Under the pieces are notes generated by a model. That model was not told the origin of the DNA. It saw only the letters and a program-made list of their open reading frames with translations, and made no database searches. This document shows, in pieces, positions 8,081 to 16,103 of a stretch of 16,103 bases of DNA. A program made the position numbers and the translations under genes. Positions within the stretch are counted from its first letter, which is position 1. Each line of letters starts with the position of its first letter. The stretch spans positions 1-16,103 of the forward strand of contig JBMFKU010000015.1 of assembly GCA_049971805.1 (NCBI GenBank), read 5' to 3'. Origin of the DNA: Caldisphaera sp. Lineage in GTDB: Archaea; Thermoproteota; Thermoprotei_A; Sulfolobales; Acidilobaceae.

Positions 8081-9666
8081 GAAATTTTATTTATAAAATT
8101 TTTTAATTCCTTTCTTCTAATTTTGCCAGTTGTCGTTGTAGGTAGTGTATCAACAAAGTAAATTATATTAGGATATGCATATGTTGCTAGTTTCTCCTTA
8201 ATAAAATTCTTTATGTTTTCTTTTAATTTATCGTTTCCTTCGAATCCTTCTTTTAAGACTATAAATGCAACAATCTTCATACCTTTCATCTCGTCTTCTA
8301 TTCCTATAACAGCTGATTGCTTTACTGATTCGTGCTCATTTAACACGCTTTCAATCTCAACAGGGTTTATCCTATAGCTTGACGTCTTAATTACATCATC
8401 TTTTCTGCCAATAAAAACCAAATAGCCTTCATTATCTAAATAGCCAAGATCCCCAGTTAAGATTATGTTATTAGGAATTTTAGCTAAGCTAGATCCTTGG
8501 TTATCGAAATAAGATATCATAGCTCCGGGGTCTGGTAGCAAAAGGGCAATTTCACCTGTTTCATCATTTTTAAGAAATTCCATTTTCTCATTAACTATAA
8601 CAATTTTATGGCCAGGGCAAGGAATCCCAACCGTGTTACTTTTTTTCTTCATTATTAAAGAGCTTTCGCATGTTACCAATCCTGTTTCTGTTTGGCCATA
8701 GGTATTGTTAAGGTCTATTCCAAGTTTTCCTTCAAAGTAATCATATAAGTCCTTTGTTACAATGTCAGATCCAGTTAATATTGCTCTTAATCTCAAGTCA
8801 TATTTTTGTATATCGTTTCCTATTTTCTTAATCATTCTTAATGCCGTTGGAACTAAAACAGTCCCTGTTATCTTATAGTCCTCATACTTTTGCAATAAAT
8901 CGTATGGATCGAATTTTCCTTCTCTCTTATATATAACTAATGGTATACCTAGATAAAGAGATGGAAGAGCCATATTTCCTAAACCGCCAATCCATGCGTA
9001 TTCTATAGGAGTCATAAATATATCATTATTTTTAGGTGGTAAGTCTAAAGAAACTTGAAAGGAGGGTAAAATACCAAGAATCCATGTATAAGGCAACAAA
9101 GCACCTTTTGGTTCTCCTGTGGAACCGGAAGTAAACAATAAATGGGCTGGATCACTCTTTTTTATTTCATATTTAATATCATTTATTTTAGGTATATCAT
9201 TAAATGAGTAGTCTCCTTCGCCATCAGAAACTATTAAAGCTTTCGTATTGGATTCTTTAATTTTCTTTATTTGAGAGCTTTCGGTAAAAATTACTTTGGC
9301 CTTTGTTTTTTCTATTCTATTTTTTATTGATTCTGTTCCCAATAGAATTGACATGGACATAAATATTGATCCCTTTTTATAAGAACCTAGGATACTTATT
9401 AGCAAATCAGCACTTTGCCTCATTAGGCCCCCTACTATATCTCCTTTTTTTATTCCAATATCAGATAAAAATTTTGCAACACCATTACTTTTTTCTCTTA
9501 AGTATTGATAGCTTAGATTTTTATTGTCCTCTATAATAGCCAATCCTTCCCATTGGTCTACAACATTTGGCAAATTAAAATCATCAGGCCACTTAAAGTT
9601 TTTTCTTATTTCTTCGATATTGTTTCCGAATTTTCTTATGTCAAATATTTCAACCAATACCTTCAC
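8077..9666 (-). CDS. AMP-forming acyl-CoA synthetase (short/medium-chain acyl-CoA ligase-like)
   Basis: P-loop FTSGSTGEPKG, YGQTE, TGDLG, GRKDDVIK and A10 motif PTTTTGKIRR; GTG start. Confidence 0.93.
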   Translation of the reverse strand: MKVLVEIFDIRKFGNNIEEIRKNFKWPDDFNLPNVVDQWEGLAIIEDNKNLSYQYLREKSNGVAKFLSDIGIKKGDIVGGLMRQSADLLISILGSYKKGSIFMSMSILLGTESIKNRIEKTKAKVIFTESSQIKKIKESNTKALIVSDGEGDYSFNDIPKINDIKYEIKKSDPAHLLFTSGSTGEPKGALLPYTWILGILPSFQVSLDLPPKNNDIFMTPIEYAWIGGLGNMALPSLYLGIPLVIYKREGKFDPYDLLQKYEDYKITGTVLVPTALRMIKKIGNDIQKYDLRLRAILTGSDIVTKDLYDYFEGKLGIDLNNTYGQTETGLVTCESSLIMKKKSNTVGIPCPGHKIVIVNEKMEFLKNDETGEIALLLPDPGAMISYFDNQGSSLAKIPNNIILTGDLGYLDNEGYLVFIGRKDDVIKTSSYRINPVEIESVLNEHESVKQSAVIGIEDEMKGMKIVAFIVLKEGFEGNDKLKENIKNFIKEKLATYAYPNIIYFVDTLPTTTTGKIRRKELKNFINKIS

Positions 9667-9747
9667 CTTTTAGAATTTGTACTAATGCTAACTCCTTTAT
9701 AATTAAAGTTTGTAGATATATATATAGTTTTAATATTATACAAAACC

Positions 9748-9792
9748 TATAAAAATTTTTAAATTTAGATTATAAAAAAATTTTTAAATTAG
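9748..9792 (+). repeat. Imperfect tandem repeat of a TATA-like unit in a divergent intergenic region
   Basis: TATAAAAATTTTTAAATTTAG (9748-9768) and TATAAAAAAATTTTTAAATTAG (9771-9792). Confidence 0.5.
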
Positions 9793-9891
9793 TTTCATAC
9801 TAGGGTTAAAGTAAATAATATAACTAAAGGGTAATACTAACTAATTATCCTAATATAAATTTTGGTATAAAAATATAATTGGTGTATTGTT

Positions 9892-10413
9892 TTGAGTGAT
9901 CAAACAATAGACAATAAAGCAGTTACAAAAGAAGACTTGGTTGATTACCTAAAAAAGAGATTAGAAGAACTAAAAGAAGAAACCAAAATGATTGAAACAC
10001 TTCTCAATTATATTCAAGATACTGGCAAACAGAACATCAATGAAAAAGTAGAAGAGGTTAAGATAGGAAGAAGAAGGCTTGGAAAAATTTATAGAGGAGA
10101 ATCCTATGTAAGGTTAGTTCCAGAAATACCGATACCATTACCTCAAGAGCTAAAGGAGTACCTGGAAACAGTTGAGGGAGAATTAAGATCGTCTCAAATG
10201 AAGAGTGGTATACAGGATCAAGATCAAGCAAGATTAGTTATTAAGGAAAGACCTGATGCAAGTATATCAGAAATAAGGTTTGAGGGATTAAATACAACTA
10301 TAGAGATGCTAAAGGCAAAAGCAGCTTTGAAGTATAGCGCGGAAGTTGCCTATCAAATTTACAAGGCTCAAAATAAAACATCTCAAGAAGAAGATGAAAA
10401 TAACAAAGAATAA
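9892..10413 (+). CDS. Hypothetical protein with N-terminal coiled coil and alpha/beta C-terminal domain
   Basis: 173-aa ORF with host-like codon usage, TTG start with GGTG SD (9881-9884), heptad segment LVDYLKKRLEELKEETKMIETLL and acidic tail. Confidence 0.82.
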   Translation: MSDQTIDNKAVTKEDLVDYLKKRLEELKEETKMIETLLNYIQDTGKQNINEKVEEVKIGRRRLGKIYRGESYVRLVPEIPIPLPQELKEYLETVEGELRSSQMKSGIQDQDQARLVIKERPDASISEIRFEGLNTTIEMLKAKAALKYSAEVAYQIYKAQNKTSQEEDENNKE

Positions 10414-10436
10414 GATGCTAAGGAGTAATTAATAGG

Positions 10437-11210
10437 TTATCCTTTTAGTTTTCTTAACAATAAAATAAAACCAGTATGACCTATCGTTTTGGTTATAGGT
10501 CTTAAAGCATCACCTCTTGTCTCCCATTCCCTTTTAATCAACTCAGATATTTCCTGGATTACAAAGAGGTTTTTATTTAAATTATTTATAAGCTTTTCAA
10601 TTTGATTGACTGTAGGTAAAAATATTGTAATTGGGGAGCTTATCTTTAAAGATTTGTGCAATGAATTTAGAGCATTCCATGGATCTCCCATATCTAAAAA
10701 TGCTGCATCCAATTCCATTTCATCAATTCCATTTCTTATATCTCCTTTTTTTATTTCTATGCAGTTATTGAAATCAAATTTCTTTAAGTTTTTCTCTGCG
10801 ATCTCAATCATATCGTCCCTTATATCATAGGCATATATCTTACCATTTGGGCACACGTGGGTAGCTATGCTTATTGTAAGAAATCCGCTACCAATACCTG
10901 CTTCCAAAACTCTCATACCATTTTTTAATCCGGCAATAGTTGTTATGTAACCTGAATCCTTTGGATATATAACTTGGCTCTTTCTTTTTAACTCGTACAT
11001 TATAATATCATACAGATTTGGCTCTATTAGATAACCAATACCTTTTTCTAGTTTTATTGTAGATCCATAGTCTGAATTTATTAGGTCATTGCCTGATATG
11101 TTTCCAGCAAATGTTGAATACGATGACTTTGGTAATATTTTAAAATAATATATTTTTCTTCTACCCTTGTCATTTTCAACTAACATCATGACTCTTTTAT
11201 TTTCTGACAA
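10437..11210 (-). CDS. trmI: tRNA (adenine-57/58 N1)-methyltransferase TrmI
   Basis: QVIYPKD, LEAGIGSG SAM motif, FLDMGDPW, LPTVNQI, LRP and GHTGF motifs; TTG start with GGGGAAGG upstream. Confidence 0.94.
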   Translation of the reverse strand: MSENKRVMMLVENDKGRRKIYYFKILPKSSYSTFAGNISGNDLINSDYGSTIKLEKGIGYLIEPNLYDIIMYELKRKSQVIYPKDSGYITTIAGLKNGMRVLEAGIGSGFLTISIATHVCPNGKIYAYDIRDDMIEIAEKNLKKFDFNNCIEIKKGDIRNGIDEMELDAAFLDMGDPWNALNSLHKSLKISSPITIFLPTVNQIEKLINNLNKNLFVIQEISELIKREWETRGDALRPITKTIGHTGFILLLRKLKG

Positions 11211-11262
11211 ATCCTTCCCCAGTTATTTGTTTTTTCTAGATTTAAAAATTTGGAAGGGATTC

Positions 11263-11278
11263 AAAAAAATATATAAGC
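11263..11278 (+). promoter_or_regulatory. Probable BRE-TATA promoter of ppsA within the 99-bp divergent trmI/ppsA spacer
   Basis: A-run followed by TATATAAG about 32-40 nt before GTG 11310; GGGGGG SD at 11302-11307. Confidence 0.5.
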
Positions 11279-11309
11279 TGATATTTCACTTTTTGAAATA
11301 TGGGGGGCT

Positions 11310-13709
11310 GTGGGGATAGTGGTAGAGAGTACAATTTTATGGATAGACGAGATAAAAGAAAACAATATTAATCTTCTTGGGGGGAAGGCAAAAGGATTGG
11401 TAGATTTAACAAAGAATAATTTTAACGTTCCTCCAGGATTTGTCATTACATCAAAGGCTTATGATTATTTTATAGATGTAACAGGTATAAGAGAATATAT
11501 TAATGGGGTCTTAGATAGGATAAAATCATTAAGCCCTAAGGAGTTGGAAAAGATTAGCTCAGAGATAGTTAAAAGGTTTGAAGAATCTGATATGCCAGAT
11601 GAAATTAAGGATGAGATTGAACAATCATATCTTGCATTAGGTAGAAAAGTGGGCTTAGAAAATCCTAGGGTTGCAGTAAGAAGCAGCGCAACACTAGAAG
11701 ACGTACCAGAGGCGAGCTTTGCTGGATTGCAAGATACATATTTAAATGTGCAGGGCATTGAAGATTTAATAAAATATGTAAAATTGGTCTGGTCTAGTGT
11801 CTGGACTGCAAGAGCTTTAATTTATAGAGAAGGTCTAGGGATGGATCATAAGAAAGTTTCTATAGCAGTGATAGTTCAAAAAATGGTTAATAGCAAGAGC
11901 TCAGGGGTTATGTTTACAGTTCACCCTGCAACAGGAGAAGATAATAAAATAGTTATAGAATCCATATGGGGTCTAGGAGAGCTAATAGTTGGTGGTCAGA
12001 TTACACCAGACAGCTTTGTTTTAGATAAAAACACTTTAAATATAATAGAGAGAAGGATTTCATCAAAAAAGGTCGCAAGATTTTATGATCCAGATAAAAG
12101 GCAGAACATAGATATTAATTTGCAAGATGATATAGAAAAATATAAGGATGATTCCAAACTATTTGAACTATTAAAAATGTTTGGAATCACATCAGAGTCA
12201 TCTTCATTAAGCGACCAAGAAATAAGGTATTTGGCAGAGATAGCGAAAAAGGCAGAAATTGCATTTAACTATCCATTAGATATAGAATGGGCTATTGATA
12301 TGGATATGACTTTTCCCAATAATATTATGTTGGTTCAGGCAAGACCTGAAACTGTTTGGTCAAAGATAAAGGGAAAAAGTAATCATAATTATAATGAAGG
12401 TCAAATAATAACTAGGGGTCTACCAGCAAGTCCTGGATCATCAAGCGGGTTAGCTAAGGTTATAAATACACCAAACGAAGCAGCTGAAAAAATGAAGCCT
12501 GGAGACATTTTGGTTACTAAAATGACGGATCCAGATTGGGTACCCTATATGAAAATGGCATCAGCCGTTGTAACTGATGAAGGTGGTATGACTGCTCATG
12601 CTGCAATTGTTGCCAGGGAATTAGGAAAGCCAGCAGTAGTTGGAACAGGGAATGCAACTCAAGTAATAAAAGATAAAATGCCTGTTACTGTTGATGGAAG
12701 TAGGGGGGTTGTAACTTATGGCATGATAGAAAGGAAGGAGAAGGAAGAATTTAAAGGCTTAAATCCTGAGGTGCTCGTTGACTTTTATCCAGTAACTGGA
12801 ACAAAGATATATATGAATTTAGGAGAACCTGAAGAAATAAATAGATATCTTAATTTACCTTTTGATGGTATAGGATTGATGAGAGTTGAATTTATAATAT
12901 CAAGCAAAATAGGTTATCATCCATTATACTTAATTGAGCAGGGTAAGCCTGAAATATTTATTGATGGTTTAGCTGACGGTATATCAAAAGTAGCAGAAGC
13001 AATTTCTCCAAGGCCCTTAGTTGTTAGATTTAGTGATTTCAAAACAAATGAATACGGCAGGCTTAAAGGAGGAGAAAAGTATGAGCCATCTGATGAAAGA
13101 AATCCTATGATAGGATGGAGAGGCGTTTCAAGATATATACAAAAGCCTTACGAGCCAGCTTTTAGGCTGGAAGTAAATGCAATTAAGAAAGTAAGAGAAG
13201 AAATGGAATTGAAAAATGTACATGTTATGTTTCCGTTTGTCAGAACTACTTGGGAATTGGAAAGGGCAATTAAAATAATGGAAGATGAAGGACTAAAGAG
13301 GAGTAGGGGCTTCAAAGTATGGATAATGGTAGAAGTTCCAAGTACAGTAATTTTGGCAGATGAATTCGCTAAAATGGTAGATGGATTCAGTGTTGGAAGT
13401 AATGACCTAACACAGCTAACATTAGGAGTAGATAGGGATAGTTCATTCTTAGCAAAGATGGGATATTTTGATGAGAGAGATCCAGCAGTTTTGAGGTCAA
13501 TCGAATTACTTATAGATGCTGCCCATAGGCAAGGAAAGACTGTTAGCATTTGTGGACAGGCGCCAAGTGTTTATCCAGAAATAGTTGAAAATTTGGTTAG
13601 AAAAGGTATTGATTCTATAAGCGTTAATCCAGACTCAGTAATAAGAGTTAGAAAACATGTGGCAAGTGTTGAAAAAAGGATATTGCTGGAAAAATTAATA
13701 AACCGCTAA
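11310..13709 (+). CDS. ppsA: Phosphoenolpyruvate synthase (pyruvate,water dikinase)
   Basis: GGK, VPPGF, AVRSSAT.ED...ASFAG, DIEWA, QARPET, phospho-His [41 protein letters not shown]. Confidence 0.96.
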   Translation: MGIVVESTILWIDEIKENNINLLGGKAKGLVDLTKNNFNVPPGFVITSKAYDYFIDVTGIREYINGVLDRIKSLSPKELEKISSEIVKRFEESDMPDEIKDEIEQSYLALGRKVGLENPRVAVRSSATLEDVPEASFAGLQDTYLNVQGIEDLIKYVKLVWSSVWTARALIYREGLGMDHKKVSIAVIVQKMVNSKSSGVMFTVHPATGEDNKIVIESIWGLGELIVGGQITPDSFVLDKNTLNIIERRISSKKVARFYDPDKRQNIDINLQDDIEKYKDDSKLFELLKMFGITSESSSLSDQEIRYLAEIAKKAEIAFNYPLDIEWAIDMDMTFPNNIMLVQARPETVWSKIKGKSNHNYNEGQIITRGLPASPGSSSGLAKVINTPNEAAEKMKPGDILVTKMTDPDWVPYMKMASAVVTDEGGMTAHAAIVARELGKPAVVGTGNATQVIKDKMPVTVDGSRGVVTYGMIERKEKEEFKGLNPEVLVDFYPVTGTKIYMNLGEPEEINRYLNLPFDGIGLMRVEFIISSKIGYHPLYLIEQGKPEIFIDGLADGISKVAEAISPRPLVVRFSDFKTNEYGRLKGGEKYEPSDERNPMIGWRGVSRYIQKPYEPAFRLEVNAIKKVREEMELKNVHVMFPFVRTTWELERAIKIMEDEGLKRSRGFKVWIMVEVPSTVILADEFAKMVDGFSVGSNDLTQLTLGVDRDSSFLAKMGYFDERDPAVLRSIELLIDAAHRQGKTVSICGQAPSVYPEIVENLVRKGIDSISVNPDSVIRVRKHVASVEKRILLEKLINR

Positions 13710-14203
13710 AAATTAATATCAACAGACTTTTCTTCTTCTGGAGTATAGCTACCTGTTTTTTCTATGATATCTAAAACTTCGTTTATTTCTTGAGAATCTC
13801 CATTAACAAAAAGAATCCCGACATTAAGCTCCTCCATTATATTACCTAAATATAAATATGCTGCAGTTGTTAATCTACCTTTTTTTGAATAAAATATAAA
13901 TAATATATATTTATTATCATTTATTATTTCTGATAACTCTTTAAGAATTTTCATCGAATCTACGGCTTTCAAAGTATATTTTGGAGGTAAAACTACAACA
14001 TAAGAAGCAGTTTTCGTTAAATCTATCATTATAGATAAAATACTATTAGTTTTCACTATCTTTGGATTTAAATTGGATAAAGATTTTAGAATTTTCTCGG
14101 ATTCTTCTTTAATAGCATTTAAATCGTATTTACCTCTTTCTGTTTTTGCCAATTCAAGCAAGTTATTATATATTTCTTCTTGATTTACTATTGATATTGG
14201 CAA
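13706..14203 (-). CDS. Hypothetical protein (possible degenerate restriction-endonuclease-like fold)
   Basis: 165-aa ORF, TTG start with AGGGG SD, stop overlapping the ppsA stop; the fold suggestion comes from motif pattern only. Confidence 0.75.
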   Translation of the reverse strand: MPISIVNQEEIYNNLLELAKTERGKYDLNAIKEESEKILKSLSNLNPKIVKTNSILSIMIDLTKTASYVVVLPPKYTLKAVDSMKILKELSEIINDNKYILFIFYSKKGRLTTAAYLYLGNIMEELNVGILFVNGDSQEINEVLDIIEKTGSYTPEEEKSVDINF

Positions 14204-14407
14204 TGTACAACCCCTATTTTAATGGTCTATAGAAGTTTTTAAGTTTTGAATAATATAAAAAATAACTTTTATTTTTAAGATAAGCTTTTTTATTAATGGC
14301 CTAATACTAAGGAATCTTAATATAATATTTCCTTTGGTTTAAAACTCTGCGAAGTTTTGCTTGTAGCAAAATTTTATAGATATTAATTTATAAATTAATT
14401 ATAAAAA

Positions 14408-15121
14408 TTAGAGACCCCATTTATTAGCTAGATACATAAAAATCAAACCGTAGATCAATGAGGCTAGATCCCATAATATGAAAGCAGGATTACCGTTTAA
14501 TGATTCCCTAACAGCTTGTGCAACATAAGTAGTTGGCTCTATTAAAGTCAATGGCCTTAAATAATAAGGTACATATCTTATTGGGAAATAAACTGGGGCA
14601 AAGAAGCTAAAAACAAAGCTTAAGACCATCGAAAGCTGAGACAGAAGTCTCCAATTCTTAATTTTAGCTGTCATAGCCAATCCTATCATCGAACCCTGAT
14701 ACTCACCAATTATAAGTGTTATTAGAAGAAATATTGATTCTAATCCGTTGAATTTTACTAAATTTATAGCTGATGCCGCTCCTAATATCATGAAACCAGA
14801 TGCAATTCCCATTATATTATTTACAAAGCTTGTTGCCAAAGCATAACCCCATGTAGGTATACCAGTTGAAATCATAAATGATATCCTTCCTCTATCCCTG
14901 TCCATACCTAAAGACTGTGCTACGCTGGTTAGAGATGTTATTGCAACTTGAAAGGTTATTGTACCTGAAACCAAATATATAGCAAAATTTCCTGAAACAA
15001 GAAAGCTGAAACCAAAGACAATAGCTATTGGAAAGATAAGTGCATAGAACAAAATGCTAATAAACCAGGCTCTTGCTTCCTTTAAGAACATTATAATTAA
15101 TGAGTATAGCTCTTTAATCAT
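14408..15121 (-). CDS. ABC-2 type exporter permease
   Basis: About six TM segments, DRDRGRISFMISTGI cytoplasmic loop, FAPVYFPIRYVP and PTTYVAQAVR ABC-2 signatures; 8-bp overlap with the ATPase gene. Confidence 0.9.
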   Translation of the reverse strand: MIKELYSLIIMFLKEARAWFISILFYALIFPIAIVFGFSFLVSGNFAIYLVSGTITFQVAITSLTSVAQSLGMDRDRGRISFMISTGIPTWGYALATSFVNNIMGIASGFMILGAASAINLVKFNGLESIFLLITLIIGEYQGSMIGLAMTAKIKNWRLLSQLSMVLSFVFSFFAPVYFPIRYVPYYLRPLTLIEPTTYVAQAVRESLNGNPAFILWDLASLIYGLIFMYLANKWGL

Positions 15122-15950
15122 GTCCTACTACCTCAAGATACACATCTTCTAATGATGGCATTCTGACCTCAAATTTTCCATTTAATTTTGATACAAAATC
15201 TTTTATTTCGTCCTCTTTAACCTTAAAAACCTTCCCAGTTGAATAATCAATTACTTCATAATAATATGAGAACTTGGCTTTTAATTCACTTGGTGATCCA
15301 TAATCAATTACTTTTTTGTTAATAAAATAGACCTTATCTGAAAGAATTTCTGCTTCTTCAACGTAATGAGTTGTTAATAAAATTGCCCTACCCTCTTCCT
15401 TAATCCCTTTCAATATATCCCAAAGTTGCCTTCTAGCCAATGGATCAAGACCTGTCGTTGGTTCATCCAGAATTAATACCTTTGGCCTATGAACTATAGA
15501 CATCGCTACCAAGGTTCTTCTCTTCAGTCCTCCAGAAAGGTCCATCACATATTTATTCCTGTAATCCCATAGATCTAGAGATTTCAGTGTTTCTAAGGTT
15601 AATTCTTTAGCCATGTTTCTATTAACTCCTCTAATTCTTGCAGCATAATATATGTTATCATAAACTGAGAGATCTTCATAAGGATCAGCTTCTTGAGGAA
15701 CAACACCTAACCTCTTTCTTAAATTACTTTTGCAAGGGCTTTCATTTAAAACCTTTACAACACCTTGTTGCGGTTTTAACTCACAATATAGATGCTTAAC
15801 CAAGGTCGTTTTCCCTGCGCCGTTAGGGCCTAATAAAGACACGACTTCTCCTTCGTTTATTGCCATTGAGACATCAATTAGTGCATAATTTTTGCCGTAT
15901 GACTTGCTTAAATTTTTTATTTCTATTGCGATACCCAATTTTAACCCCAA
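15114..15950 (-). CDS. ABC transporter ATP-binding protein (DrrA/NodI-like exporter)
   Basis: Walker A GPNGAGKT, Q-loop VPQ, signature LSGG, Walker B LILDEPTTGLD, H-loop TTH, C-terminal PSLEDVYL. True start may be the second TTG at 15938, which has a GGGG SD. Confidence 0.95.
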   Translation of the reverse strand: MGLKLGIAIEIKNLSKSYGKNYALIDVSMAINEGEVVSLLGPNGAGKTTLVKHLYCELKPQQGVVKVLNESPCKSNLRKRLGVVPQEADPYEDLSVYDNIYYAARIRGVNRNMAKELTLETLKSLDLWDYRNKYVMDLSGGLKRRTLVAMSIVHRPKVLILDEPTTGLDPLARRQLWDILKGIKEEGRAILLTTHYVEEAEILSDKVYFINKKVIDYGSPSELKAKFSYYYEVIDYSTGKVFKVKEDEIKDFVSKLNGKFEVRMPSLEDVYLEVVGHD

Positions 15951-16015
15951 TTTGTTATGTATAATAAATAAATATATTTTTGGTGTATATTAAGTCTTTG
16001 ATTGCTATATAGTGT

Positions 16016-16103
16016 TTACTTATGGTGTAACTTTTCCTTACTTTTAATCACTTCTAATTCAGCCTGGCCTCTTAAGGGATCATAAACCTTCACCCTTAAA
16101 TTA
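16016..16103 (-). CDS. 3' end of a gene entering from beyond the window (partial)
   Basis: Open frame NLRVKVYDPLRGQAELEVIKSKEKLHHK* ending at TAA 16018-16016, with protein-like composition. Confidence 0.5.
   Translation of the reverse strand, partial: NLRVKVYDPLRGQAELEVIKSKEKLHHK

Noticed and set aside
7462-13549. ORFs 7462-7833, 10606-10830, 11261-11446, 11465-11758 and 13148-13549
   Set aside because: Antisense shadows of aKMT, trmI and ppsA, rich in Ser/Phe/Ile and lacking motifs.
1-16103. CRISPR array, IS element or provirus
   Set aside because: No regularly spaced repeats, transposase, terminal IR pair or viral hallmark gene seen.

Overview
AT-rich (roughly 30% GC by eye) crenarchaeal chromosomal segment. 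The aKMT orthologue, tRNA sequence, frequent TTG/GTG starts with GGGG/GGTG ribosome-binding sites and BRE-TATA promoters fit a Desulfurococcales/Acidilobales-like host (inference). Bases 1-2879 look accessory: an MFS transporter broken by one extra G in a G7 tract, flanked by about 1 kb and 0.7 kb of ORF-poor DNA with palindromes and probable gene relics. Bases 2880-13709 are mostly housekeeping: TmcA/Nat10 RNA cytidine acetyltransferase, NDP-sugar epimerase, a Zn-ribbon protein, tRNA-Leu(UAG), flavin reductase, protein-lysine methyltransferase aKMT, acyl-CoA synthetase, a coiled-coil hypothetical protein, TrmI and PEP synthase. The right end has a hypothetical protein with a possible degenerate restriction-endonuclease-like fold and an ABC-2 exporter pair. 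I found no CRISPR array, integrase, transposase or clear new multi-gene system. The best leads are the non-canonical tRNA anticodon loop (C33, A37), the homopolymer frameshift, an altered acetyl-CoA motif in TmcA, and the hypothetical proteins.
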